Below, piece after piece: positions 55,051 through 63,927 of a stretch of 64,000 nt of DNA. The notes under the pieces were generated by a model, which saw only the letters and a list, made by a program, of their open reading frames with translations, was not told the origin of the DNA and did not search any database. The translations under genes and the position numbers were made by a program. The DNA is from Bacteroidia bacterium (GTDB lineage: Bacteria; Bacteroidota; Bacteroidia; B-17B0; Aurantibacillaceae), in contig JAKFDE010000035.1 of NCBI GenBank assembly GCA_036676295.1, positions 18,727 through 82,726 on the forward strand. Reading direction: 5' to 3'. The number at the start of each line of letters is the position of its first letter. The first letter of the stretch is position 1.

Positions 55051-57552
55051 CTATTGATATTGGCTGTTTTTTCTGTTTTTAAAATATTTTACGGTTTCAA
55101 GAATTATCAAAACAGAACTTGCTCCAATTAGTGATGATACAAAATGTTTATAGCCCGGAAATTCAAAGCTGAAAATTTGTTGCATGAACGGAACAGAAAT
55201 CACAACGAGCAACACAACAATTGCAACTGTAAGAATGATCCACGCGGCCCAGTTTTTTTCGGTTATGATTTTAATAAAGTTTCTTGTTTTAGAAAGATTA
55301 GTGAGTATAAGAAATACATTTCCAATGATCAAGGAAGAAAATGCAATTGCTCTCACCTCTTCATTAGTATGGCCTTCGTGAATGGAAAGAAAATAAATTG
55401 TCATGGTCATACCAAGTAGGAGTAACCCTTGTAGTACGCTGGCTAAAATTTTATTTCCTCCAAAAAACTTTTCTTTTGAGTCTCTTGGTTTTCTGCTCAT
55501 AATATTTTCTTCTTCTTGTTCATGTTCAAAAGCAATTGAACAAATAGGATCAATTATCAGTTCCAGAAGCACGATATGTAATGGCATTAATAAGATTGGT
55601 AAAGAAGAGAAAAAAGCAGGTAATAACGTCAACCCAATTATTGGAATGTGGATAGCTATAATGTATGACATTGCTTTTTGTAGATTGTCAAATATTTTTC
55701 TTCCTAAACGAATGGCAGATACAATGGAAGCAAAGTTATCGTCTAATAAGACTAGTGAAGAAGCCTCTCTTGCAACATCGGTTCCTTTGTTCCCCATTGC
55801 TATACCAATATCGGATGCTTTTAATGCAGGAGCATCATTTACGCCATCGCCCGTCATGGCTACAATTTCATTATTAGCCTGCAGTGCCCGTACAATTCGC
55901 AGTTTTTGTTCGGGTACAACGCGTGCAAAAACAGTTATACCGGATATTATATGTTTTAGTTCATCATCATTTAATTTGTTTAATTCACTACCGGTCATTA
56001 ATTTTCCTTCACGCTTCATGCCTATTTGTTGTGCAATACTTTTAGCGGTTGCCGGAAAATCACCGGTGATCATAATTACTTTTACACCGGCATCTTGACA
56101 TTCTTTAATAGCAATTGGCACTTCAGGTCGTATAGGATCTTCCAGACCAATTAGACCCTTAAATTTAAATTCAAACTCAATTTGCGAATCCGGTAAAGTG
56201 CCCGATGTTGGTGTGGAGTCTGCAACAGCAATTACCCTGTATCCTTTTTCTGCAAAAGATTCAACAATATTCAAATATTTTTCAGTGTCTTGGTTATTTA
56301 ATTTACATAATTTAAAAATAGTTTCCGGTGCTCCTTTAGTTGCTACTACAACCGCATTGGATGTAGTATCTTTTAACACCCTTGTCATTGCCAATAATGA
56401 TTTGCTTAAAGGATATTCTTTAAGTAGTTCTGAAGAATCGTCGGCATTGTTATTTACTAATTGATCAGCTGTTTGAAAAGCTTTCTCCATTGGATCTACT
56501 GAGTTTTTTTGAGAAGCCAAATGAGCCAATTTTATAATTTCAGAAATATGATCTCGTGTGTCTAAAAATGTATTTTTTTCGAAAGTGTCATGGCCATTAT
56601 ATACAATGCCAACTTCCATTTTATTTTGTGTAATGGTTCCTGTTTTATCACTGCATAAAACTGTTGCAGAGCCAAGTGTTTCAATAGCTGATGGTTTTCT
56701 TGTTAAAACATTTTTTTTTGACAAGCGCCATGCACCTAAGGCTAAAAAAACGGTAAGAACTACTGGAAATTCTTCAGGAAGTATAGCCATTGCCGAAGCA
56801 AGACCATTTAATAGAGATTGAATAAAATTACCCCTTACAAAATAAAAAGTTAAAACTACAACCGTACTAATAATTGCGCCAAATATAAATAAATTGCGAA
56901 TAAGGGATTTCATCTCTTTTTGCATACTGGTTTCATGTTGTTCGATACTTAATAAGGAACTTCCAATTTTTCCAAACTCAGTATGTATACCTGTAGCAAT
57001 TATCTTGATATATCCTTTACCCTGTATTACCAGTGTTCCGCTGTAAACAAGTCCGTTTTTGTTGGTAGGATCTTTCTGAACAGATTTTAATACAGGGACA
57101 GATTCTCCGGTCAAAATAGATTCGTCTACAGTAAGGTTTAATGAGTCAATTAAAATTCCATCAGCAGAAACTCTGTCTCCTTCGTTTAAAATAACAACAT
57201 CATCAGGTACAACTTCTCTTCCTGAAATTCTTATTTCTTTTCCGTTTCGGATCACTAATGATCTGGGAGAAGAAAGATTTTTAAGAGCGTTTAACGCTTT
57301 TTCGGTTTTTTGATATTGGTAAAACGTAATAAAAATAATAATAAAAATTGTTGACAGGAGTATTATTCCTTCATTTATATCTCCTAATAAAATGTATAAA
57401 CAACCACAAGTTATAAGAAGTAAAAACATAGGTTCTTTGATCACTTCAATGGCAATACCAATAATATTCTTTGGCTTTTCTGAAGGCAATTCGTTGTATC
57501 CAAAAGAGCTAAGTCTTTTTTGCACTTCACTTGTATTTAAGCCATTTATCAT
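55051..57552 (-). CDS. Cation-transporting P-type ATPase (type II, Ca2+/Mg2+-like)
   Basis: 833 aa. TGES, CSDKTGTIT phosphorylation site, MITGD and TGDGVNDAPAL motifs. ~10 TM helices. Confidence 0.92.
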   Translation of the reverse strand: MINGLNTSEVQKRLSSFGYNELPSEKPKNIIGIAIEVIKEPMFLLLITCGCLYILLGDINEGIILLSTIFIIIFITFYQYQKTEKALNALKNLSSPRSLVIRNGKEIRISGREVVPDDVVILNEGDRVSADGILIDSLNLTVDESILTGESVPVLKSVQKDPTNKNGLVYSGTLVIQGKGYIKIIATGIHTEFGKIGSSLLSIEQHETSMQKEMKSLIRNLFIFGAIISTVVVLTFYFVRGNFIQSLLNGLASAMAILPEEFPVVLTVFLALGAWRLSKKNVLTRKPSAIETLGSATVLCSDKTGTITQNKMEVGIVYNGHDTFEKNTFLDTRDHISEIIKLAHLASQKNSVDPMEKAFQTADQLVNNNADDSSELLKEYPLSKSLLAMTRVLKDTTSNAVVVATKGAPETIFKLCKLNNQDTEKYLNIVESFAEKGYRVIAVADSTPTSGTLPDSQIEFEFKFKGLIGLEDPIRPEVPIAIKECQDAGVKVIMITGDFPATAKSIAQQIGMKREGKLMTGSELNKLNDDELKHIISGITVFARVVPEQKLRIVRALQANNEIVAMTGDGVNDAPALKASDIGIAMGNKGTDVAREASSLVLLDDNFASIVSAIRLGRKIFDNLQKAMSYIIAIHIPIIGLTLLPAFFSSLPILLMPLHIVLLELIIDPICSIAFEHEQEEENIMSRKPRDSKEKFFGGNKILASVLQGLLLLGMTMTIYFLSIHEGHTNEEVRAIAFSSLIIGNVFLILTNLSKTRNFIKIITEKNWAAWIILTVAIVVLLVVISVPFMQQIFSFEFPGYKHFVSSLIGASSVLIILETVKYFKNRKNSQYQ

Positions 57553-57603
57553 TATTGCATTTTATGTTTTATTGTGATTGTTGGCTTTTATTTTCCGTGT
57601 TTT

Positions 57604-57690
57604 GTGCCAATAGCAACAAATCTGATAGTTAGTTGGAGTTTAGCGCTTTTGTATATGCCGAAGCTGGATGTCCAAATTTAATTTAGGTGA
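57604..57690 (-). repeat. Junction repeat copy E0 (truncated)
   Basis: caatagcaacaaatctgatagttagttgg...gcgcttttgtatatgccgaagctggatgtccaaatttaatttaggtga aligns with both ends of E3 (61867-62000) and lacks the central part. Lies between the SRPBCC gene and the ATPase gene. Confidence 0.65.
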
Positions 57691-57740
57691 GTTATTGGCT
57701 GTGTTTATATCTTTGTATTTTAAAGATATTCTTGAAATTG

Positions 57741-58226
57741 TTATTTTTCACAAATTTCTTTCAACTTATCGAGTGCTTTTGGGTAGGTCTGGTTCATATA
57801 ATCTAAAAAATCTTCATTGGTGTCTAAGTCAACAGTAACGGTTGCCGTTCCCTGTCCGACTGGATCGCCCGTACGGGCATTGTTTTCTTCGAAGGTATAG
57901 TTTTCAAATCCGTTTGCCCATTTTTCCACTTCTGGTCCTTCTGTAATTTCTTTATCCGCTTTAAAAAGACCATAATGTTGAATCGACACAAATCGGTTGG
58001 GAATGTTTTCAACTATCTTGGAAACCATACCTCCCTTTTCTCCTTTTTCATCTACTCCAATAAATAGAATTTTATTTTCCTTGTCCCAATTTCCTTCATA
58101 GGTCGATGTCGGATTAAACAAAGAAGTCCATTGCTCATAAGTTGATTTACTGTTGATGCCAAGCATAAAATCATAAATCTTGGTCACAGGTGCATTGATG
58201 CTTATTTTGAATTGTAATTTTTTCAT
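57741..58226 (-). CDS. SRPBCC/AHSA1-like domain protein
   Basis: 161 aa, size and pattern of Aha1/BPI-like START-fold proteins. Tentative. Confidence 0.55.
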   Translation of the reverse strand: MKKLQFKISINAPVTKIYDFMLGINSKSTYEQWTSLFNPTSTYEGNWDKENKILFIGVDEKGEKGGMVSKIVENIPNRFVSIQHYGLFKADKEITEGPEVEKWANGFENYTFEENNARTGDPVGQGTATVTVDLDTNEDFLDYMNQTYPKALDKLKEICEK

Positions 58227-58336
58227 ACTATTAATGTTTGTTTAAATGATCCCGATAAACTTGAGCCTGAGATTAGTTGAACGCTATCGTGATCGGGTTG
58301 TTGTTTTTAGTTATACTTAATAGTTGTTTAACTTAG

Positions 58337-58510
58337 CCTATAACGTTTTGGAGCTAAATTTTAGTTTGGGCTTTGAAACCGTTTCTATCAAACTGCTTAA
58401 TAACAAAGTTAAATGTTTATTAGCCATTTGCAAAGTGAAAATTAAAAACTTGTCTACCGCTTTTGCAAATGCTTTGATGTCGCCTAAATAATACAACCCG
58501 TGTGTTGGTG
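58337..58510 (-). repeat. Junction repeat copy E1 (promoter-bearing)
   Basis: Minus strand: CACCAAC end box, TTTGCAAA palindromes at 58462-69 and 58427-34, and promoter CTTTG (58431-35)-N19-TAACTTTG (58404-11). Ends AAAACGTTATAGG (58337-49). Its 52 nt core is 51/52 identical to E5. Confidence 0.85.
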
Positions 58511-58572
58511 TCTGGTGTTCTATCTGTCTTTATTATTTGTTAAAGATAATTTGTTAATCCACGGCCATGTTA

Positions 58573-59001
58573 CTAAAAATTAGATCTTTGGATTCTTAAC
58601 ATATTTGCTACTCTTAACTCTACATATATTATCAATACTATAATAAAAATTTCAACCAAAAAATATATCAATCCTATTCGTGTTAAGTCGTTGTAATAAG
58701 TATATAAAAACGTCATTGTCAAAATACAATACAAAAAATTACTAATACCTATTATTCTTAAATAGGGTGTCCAATAGTCTTTAAGAAAAAGGTAACAAGA
58801 CATAGAATAAGCACAATAAACCAAACCAATTATTGATAAGAATGTCAAAATGTTTGCAGGCATACCGAAGTAATCGTAGTAATGTCTTAAAACAAAAAAC
58901 AAGGAACACGTTGTCAATGCTGCACCCAAACCGTCAAGTAGAAAAAGTTTCTTTGGTTTTCTTGAAAAATAATCTATTGTGCTTTTGATATTAATCTTCA
59001 T
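58573..59001 (-). CDS. Hypothetical 4-TM membrane protein
   Basis: ORF-track ORF 58573-59058 starts at TTG. The ATG at 59001 gives MKINIKSTIDYFSRKPKK followed by 4 hydrophobic helices. Confidence 0.5.
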   Translation of the reverse strand: MKINIKSTIDYFSRKPKKLFLLDGLGAALTTCSLFFVLRHYYDYFGMPANILTFLSIIGLVYCAYSMSCYLFLKDYWTPYLRIIGISNFLYCILTMTFLYTYYNDLTRIGLIYFLVEIFIIVLIIYVELRVANMLRIQRSNF

Positions 59002-59093
59002 ATGGTTTTCTCTGAAAAGAATTTGTCTGTCATGTTTTTTTTGGTCAATAGTTAACAATATTTTTATTCATACAATTTTTCGTTCATATAACT

Positions 59094-59525
59094 TTATGCT
59101 TCGATACGAGGCCATTTCCATGCGTAACGGATGATTAGACAAAGAAGAACGGCTTCTACAACAGCGCCAAACACCATGTGCATCCAAGCTTCTCCTGCTA
59201 AATTAAACAATGTAAAGGGAATATACACCGCGGCAATAATGATATTTACCCAGCGATTTATAATAGCCGGTAGGGCAGCAGAAAGGAAAATCATCAGTGC
59301 CGGAATGGTTACTGAGGCGAGTGCTGCCAACAGAAATCCTTGCGTAATATCAAATTCAAACACCCTCCCTGTTTGAATATCTACAAGCTTACTCGGCATA
59401 TATAAGTGGAAATAATCAACATAGATATAGAGAAACATAAAACTCGCCCAAAGCATAGCAAGCTTCAGTTTCATACTAACTTTGATATCTTCCAGTGCAT
59501 TTTGTGATGATTTTTGTGTATCCAT
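59094..59525 (-). CDS. Small polytopic membrane protein (DUF6326-like)
   Basis: 143 aa. KLKLAMLWASFMFLYIYVDYF... and C-terminal YAWKWP resemble DUF6326 members as I recall them. Confidence 0.5.
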   Translation of the reverse strand: MDTQKSSQNALEDIKVSMKLKLAMLWASFMFLYIYVDYFHLYMPSKLVDIQTGRVFEFDITQGFLLAALASVTIPALMIFLSAALPAIINRWVNIIIAAVYIPFTLFNLAGEAWMHMVFGAVVEAVLLCLIIRYAWKWPRIEA

Positions 59526-59535
59526 AAATTTTCAA

Positions 59536-60165
59536 TTAAAAGTTATAACCAACATTAAGGCCTGGTTCCGGAAAGATGAATTTAGACCATTTATCATCTA
59601 GCTGTTTAAATCCATCAGGTAATTTTGTGTGATAAGCACGATGGGTCATACATACTGATGGTTGAAAGAAAAATTTATCTTTAAAGAGTTTGATGTGATA
59701 ACCAACACGGTATGAATTGAAAATCTGAAAACCATCGTCAATTTTCTTACCATTGTCATTCACAAAAATTTGCCAGGTAGGCATTACATCAAGTTGGGCA
59801 TACAAACCTTTCCATAAAAATCGTGTGTAAGAAGTTGTTGCGCCATACTCACGAATATACCCCGGAAATCTTTCTTCCGGTTTTTTGTAGGCTTTGTTTA
59901 AAAATGGATGAATACCATTTGGCCAGGCATATTTCCAGGTTTTTGGAGCTAATGTAATTACATCTTTTCCTGTGATCCGATAACCTATATTGAGTTGAGC
60001 GAAGTTGGGTGGGTTTTCTGTATCAAGATTACCCAATAGAACAAATAAAGAAGTCCCAACGAACCACTGTTTGTAAGTACTGTCTTGTTTGGCATATTGT
60101 GCATTCACCTGTAAGCTGCTTGTCAACACTAGGGCAAGTCCAAAGCATAAAATTTTCTTTTGCAT
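59536..60165 (-). CDS. Hypothetical secreted beta-barrel-like protein
   Basis: 209 aa. Signal peptide ...SSLQVNAQ and C-terminal ...GLNVGYNF, typical of OMP barrels. Confidence 0.5.
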   Translation of the reverse strand: MQKKILCFGLALVLTSSLQVNAQYAKQDSTYKQWFVGTSLFVLLGNLDTENPPNFAQLNIGYRITGKDVITLAPKTWKYAWPNGIHPFLNKAYKKPEERFPGYIREYGATTSYTRFLWKGLYAQLDVMPTWQIFVNDNGKKIDDGFQIFNSYRVGYHIKLFKDKFFFQPSVCMTHRAYHTKLPDGFKQLDDKWSKFIFPEPGLNVGYNF

Positions 60166-60249
60166 ATCTTTTTTTTATTGATAAATGATATTGCAAAAGT
60201 AGATTGGCGAGACACCATAACTTGTTCACTTAAGTTAAGAAATACGTTT

Positions 60250-60828
60250 TTAGCTCTTTTTTTCAAGAATTCTTGCTCTTAATCTGCTTAATGATTGAGG
60301 TTTGATCCCTAAATAGCTCGCTAATTGGTGTTGTGGCACACGCTGAACAAGGTCTGGTCTTTTTTGTAATAAATTAAGGTATCGTTGTTCAGGCGAAGAA
60401 GTTTTAAACTCGTCAAAGTCTAGTTGCCGTTTAGCTAACAATTCTTCCGACAACATTCTGCACATGATTTCAAACTTTGGAAATTTACTGTTTATTTCTA
60501 CTCCCATATCAGAATTTGAAATTAGAAGAATACTGTCTTCAACACAACTTATGAAATAATCAGAAGGAGATTTGTTTATTACACAATGAGGTGTTAAGGC
60601 GTCCTGTTCTGTGTAGAAAGCTGTTGTTTTTTCTTCTCCGTCTATGATATAATAAACCCGAATACAGCCTTTTAAAACAAAATAGCTCTCTGGAGATTTT
60701 TGTCCTTCTTTGAGTAAAACCGTCCCTTTCTTTACTGAGTGAAACAGGTCTAAAGAAAGTAATGCGTTCTTCTCATCATCTGTCAGAGAAACGTATTTTG
60801 AAATAAAGTCAAATAGTAAGTCTTGCAT
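60250..60828 (-). CDS. Crp/Fnr-family transcriptional regulator
   Basis: 192 aa. cNMP-binding-like domain and C-terminal HTH (LASYLGIKPQSLSRLR). Confidence 0.8.
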   Translation of the reverse strand: MQDLLFDFISKYVSLTDDEKNALLSLDLFHSVKKGTVLLKEGQKSPESYFVLKGCIRVYYIIDGEEKTTAFYTEQDALTPHCVINKSPSDYFISCVEDSILLISNSDMGVEINSKFPKFEIMCRMLSEELLAKRQLDFDEFKTSSPEQRYLNLLQKRPDLVQRVPQHQLASYLGIKPQSLSRLRARILEKKS

Positions 60829-60865
60829 TATTTTTACGTGTTGTTAATGTCGTCTGTTACACTTG

Positions 60866-61029
60866 CCACCAACGCCTTTCAGCTACCAGTTTACAGCTCA
60901 AGGCCGTCTTCTACCTAAAAGCTTACTAACAAAGCTAAATATTTCTTAGCCATTTGCAAAACTAAAAAATTCTACGCCTTAAATTTTTGTAAATGCTTAT
61001 ACTTCTGCCCGCATTAGGCAAAGGTGCGG
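60866..61029 (-). repeat. Junction repeat copy E2 (promoter-bearing)
   Basis: Starts directly after the MBL stop codon. Minus-strand promoter TTTG (60957-60)-N19-TAGCTTTG (60930-37). TTTGCAAA at 60953-60 and TTTGTAAA at 60986-93. End box GGCGTTGGTGG (60866-76). Confidence 0.8.
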
Positions 61030-61767
61030 TTAGCGGTAGTTTTTCTTTTTCAGTTTTTTTGCCAACTTTATTGAATGTTTTAATGAGTTTATATTATTCC
61101 AGTCGTGATGTGAAACGATTATAAAGTTTGGATCAGGATATTTTTTCTGCACATTTTTAAGAGTAGTTTCGTATTCAATAACATTGCCATCTCCCAAGTA
61201 ACCTAAATTTTCAGCATCTCCGCCTTTAATAAGACAACCACCGTATAGTATTTTCTCTTTGTTAAACCAAACAATAATGTTGTCTGCTGTATGTCCTTCT
61301 CCGGGGTAATAAGTTTCAAATGAATATTGGCCAATACTGAAAACTGTGTCCTTTGTCATTAAAAACTCAGCCCTTTTCTTGTTATGTTTTTTACTTAGTT
61401 CATCAGTTAGAAAAGTTGTGTAAGTTTTAATTCCTTTTTGTTTGTAATATTCAAGTCCTTCAGTTCTGTCGCTATGCCAATGCGTTGCAATACACAAAGT
61501 CACACTTTTGTTGTGTTTTAATTTTATACTGTCAATCAACGGTTGAAATTGTGTTGTGTCCCAAGGTGTGTCAAACAATACAACGCCATTATTTGTGAGA
61601 AGATACATTCCATTTGAAGGTATTAGGCTTCCTTCGTAAGTATTGTATGTTGTATAAATGTAAAAGTTGTCTGTTAAGTATGAGATTTTAAGTTTCGCTT
61701 CTTCTGTCTGTCCAAAAATATTGGTTAGTGAAAAAATGAATGTTATTGTCAATATAATTGTTTGCAT
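61030..61767 (-). CDS. Subclass B1 metallo-beta-lactamase
   Basis: 245 aa with signal peptide. HWHSD (H116-x-H118-x-D120), GEGHTADNIIVW (H196), GGCLIK (C221) and SHHD (H263) are in B1 order and spacing. Confidence 0.85.
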   Translation of the reverse strand: MQTIILTITFIFSLTNIFGQTEEAKLKISYLTDNFYIYTTYNTYEGSLIPSNGMYLLTNNGVVLFDTPWDTTQFQPLIDSIKLKHNKSVTLCIATHWHSDRTEGLEYYKQKGIKTYTTFLTDELSKKHNKKRAEFLMTKDTVFSIGQYSFETYYPGEGHTADNIIVWFNKEKILYGGCLIKGGDAENLGYLGDGNVIEYETTLKNVQKKYPDPNFIIVSHHDWNNINSLKHSIKLAKKLKKKNYR

Positions 61768-61812
61768 TTATTTCTTGTCTTTTTTGATTGGATTATGTTG
61801 TCTTTAAAACTA

Positions 61813-62014
61813 CCACTAGCGTTTTTAAGCTACCAGTAGTGCTGTTTGAAATCGTTTTCTACCGAACTGCTAATAACAAATCTAAATGTTTATTGGCTAT
61901 TTGTAAGACAGCGCTCCGATTTTTTTATCGGAGGTGAATTAACTAATTGCCTGCCGCTTTTGCAAATGCCGAAGCATAATGCCCAAATGGGATTTAGGTT
62001 GTGTTAGGCGCTGG
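61813..62014 (-). repeat. Junction repeat copy E3 (promoter-bearing, longest)
   Basis: Minus strand begins GCCTAAC (62003-09 on plus as gttaggc), 5 nt after the upstream stop. TTTGCAAA at 61959-66. -7 box TAGATTTG (61877-84) with a degenerate -33. Inner CTCCGAT/ATCGGAG hairpin. End box AACGCTAGTGG. Confidence 0.8.
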
Positions 62015-62020
62015 TTAATT

Positions 62021-62488
62021 TTAATTCATTTGTCTAATAAAAGTATATTGTTTTGTGTCATTTGTTATTTGTCTAACAAATTTAAGTTGGTATATATGTT
62101 TAATATTGCATTTATTTTTAATAAGCATTTTGTTGCCTTGTAGCGTTTTATATTTGAAAGTGCTGCAAGGAAAGTCATAGGTGTATACTGGTGGCTTTTT
62201 GCAAATTAGCTCTGTAGTCAACCACAAATGTTTTTTTGATTTGAATGTCAAAACAGTTATTTCACAAATAGATGAGTCTTTTATATAAGCACTATTGTCA
62301 TAGAATACAATAGTATCGTTATTAAAAATGTCTTCATAATGCTTTAAGCAAATCAAATTTTTTGTGCTAATTTCTTTGTCTGATAAAAATTTGATTATAA
62401 TTTCATCCAGTTTGAAATTAGTTATTGGCTGTCCGTATGCAGAAACAAACATTGTCATTAAGAAATATATAATTACGAGTCTATTCAT
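62021..62488 (-). CDS. Hypothetical small secreted protein
   Basis: 155 aa. Signal peptide MNRLVIIYFLMTMFVSAYGQ. Several Cys. No motif recognised. Confidence 0.5.
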   Translation of the reverse strand: MNRLVIIYFLMTMFVSAYGQPITNFKLDEIIIKFLSDKEISTKNLICLKHYEDIFNNDTIVFYDNSAYIKDSSICEITVLTFKSKKHLWLTTELICKKPPVYTYDFPCSTFKYKTLQGNKMLIKNKCNIKHIYQLKFVRQITNDTKQYTFIRQMN

Positions 62489-62664
62489 AACGGAAAGCGG
62501 CTAAATTTTAGTTTGGGCTTTGAAACTCTTTCTACCGAAACATTACTGACAAAGATAACTGCTTAATGGACATTTGCAAAGCACAAATAAACTACTTTCA
62601 CGCAGCGACAGCTTTTGCAAATGCTGTACTCGAATACCCAAATAGAACCGAGAATTTGTAATTG
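62486..62664 (-). repeat. Junction repeat copy E4 (promoter-bearing)
   Basis: Promoter CTTTG (62577-81)-N19-TATCTTTG (62550-57). TTTGCAAA at 62573-80 and 62614-21. The 5' UTR module ggtttcaaagcccaaactaaaatttagc is shared with E1. End box CCGTTATG overlaps the next gene's ATG. Confidence 0.8.
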
Positions 62665-63201
62665 TTATTTTATTGATTTTTCGTTCGACCATACAATTGT
62701 TTGTTTGTCCTTTGGTCTATTGAAAATATTTATGTCCCCTAAATTTTTATTTGTTAAGTCGAAAGTTTTTTCAACCGAATAAAAGTCAAACCCTAAGTTA
62801 ATTTTTGTCTCCTTACTACTACACCTGAAATGTGCTTGAAAATCATACTGTCCTTTTGGCGCTATTTTCATAAGTCTCGGATAACTGGCGTTGCAATTTA
62901 TAAAAGGTGTCAATACAAATTTCGCTGTGTCGTAACGTAACGAATATTGTTCTCCGTCACATGAAGAAGATAGAAAATAAACAGTGTCAGTATTGTCGTT
63001 GAAGAGCGAAGCTTTGATTTCTATTGTCTCTTTAAAAGTGTTAATTCGTTCTGCAGTAAAGTCAAAGCGTATATTTTCTTTTACTTTTCCCTGTGTCTTG
63101 TCAGAACCTACAACACTTAGTTCGGGTTGGTTTGGTTCTCTGCCCGCAATACAAGAAAGTCCTAAAGTAAGAATTATCAAAAATAGAGTTTGTCTTGTCA
63201 T
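62665..63201 (-). CDS. Hypothetical lipoprotein
   Basis: 178 aa. MTRQTLFLIILTLGLSC lipobox. No motif recognised. Confidence 0.5.
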   Translation of the reverse strand: MTRQTLFLIILTLGLSCIAGREPNQPELSVVGSDKTQGKVKENIRFDFTAERINTFKETIEIKASLFNDNTDTVYFLSSSCDGEQYSLRYDTAKFVLTPFINCNASYPRLMKIAPKGQYDFQAHFRCSSKETKINLGFDFYSVEKTFDLTNKNLGDINIFNRPKDKQTIVWSNEKSIK

Positions 63202-63231
63202 TTTATTGTCGTTTTACAATTACACTTAACT

Positions 63232-63400
63232 TGCACCTAACGTTTTCGCGGTTTACTTCGGCCGTTTTGGAACCATTGTCTACCGAAATGTTTCCTAACA
63301 AAGCTAAATGTTAATTGGCCATTTGCAAAGTAAAAATTAAAAACTTGTCTACCGCTTTTGCAAATGCCAAAGTTCAATGCCCGTATTTTTTATAGGTGCA
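63232..63400 (-). repeat. Junction repeat copy E5 (promoter-bearing)
   Basis: Minus strand: TGCACCTA...TAGGTGCA terminal 8 bp inverted repeats. TTTGCAAA at 63357-64 and 63322-29. Promoter CTTTG (63326-30)-N19-TAGCTTTG (63299-306). End box AAAACGTTAGGTG (GTTAGGT fits GTTRRRY). Confidence 0.85.
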
Positions 63401-63435
63401 GTTATATGCTGTAAGCGTCACCCATTTAATACTAG

Positions 63436-63927
63436 TTAATTATTGTATTGTTCTTTAATATAAATATGTTTTATATTACCATCATCCCAATTTACAATTA
63501 AAGAGTCGTTTTTAACAACACCTTTTAGTACTTTTCTTTCGTACTTTTTGTTTGGAGCTTGTTGAGGATAAAATTGTTCTATTTTTATCTCGTTGCCAGA
63601 TACGATAAAACGTCCACGCCATACGGAACTATTTTCAACGCTCAGGTCATTTTTCAAGAATAGTTCTTTTTTATAAACATTTAAAAATGTTCCATTAGCA
63701 TAAAACTTAATGTAGTCGTTGTAGTCATAATTTTGCGCCTTAATCTTTTTATAAATTGCCCCAGTGTCAATAACACTAAAGTCGTTCGATTTCATCGGCT
63801 GGTTGAATTTGAAGTAGGCCTGATTTATCGAAGCTTTCCCGTCAGCAGATCTTGTCACGTGATAACCACAAGAGTAAAGCAAAACGAAAGTTAAAATGAA
63901 AAGAAATATGTCAATTCGCCTTGTCAT
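63436..63927 (-). CDS. Hypothetical lipoprotein
   Basis: 163 aa. MTRRIDIFLFILTFVLLYSC lipobox. The N-terminus resembles that of the 62665-63201 product. Confidence 0.5.
   Translation of the reverse strand: MTRRIDIFLFILTFVLLYSCGYHVTRSADGKASINQAYFKFNQPMKSNDFSVIDTGAIYKKIKAQNYDYNDYIKFYANGTFLNVYKKELFLKNDLSVENSSVWRGRFIVSGNEIKIEQFYPQQAPNKKYERKVLKGVVKNDSLIVNWDDGNIKHIYIKEQYNN

Noticed and set aside
55144-57577. Plus-strand ORFs overlapping the P-type ATPase gene, including a 231-aa ORF at 55403-56098
   Set aside because: They are antisense to an 833-aa ORF that carries all P-type ATPase motifs. They have no motifs or signal of their own. Long antisense ORFs are expected when stop codons are depleted opposite a long gene.
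57604-63400. Calling the junction repeats bona fide integron attC sites
   Set aside because: The end boxes fit RYYYAAC/GTTRRRY only loosely. The elements are 165-200 bp. The region next to the end boxes is not self-complementary; for example, in E5 only 8 bp pair. Each element also contains a promoter. They are therefore reported as an attC-like or novel junction repeat rather than annotated as attC. Only a covariance-model search can decide.
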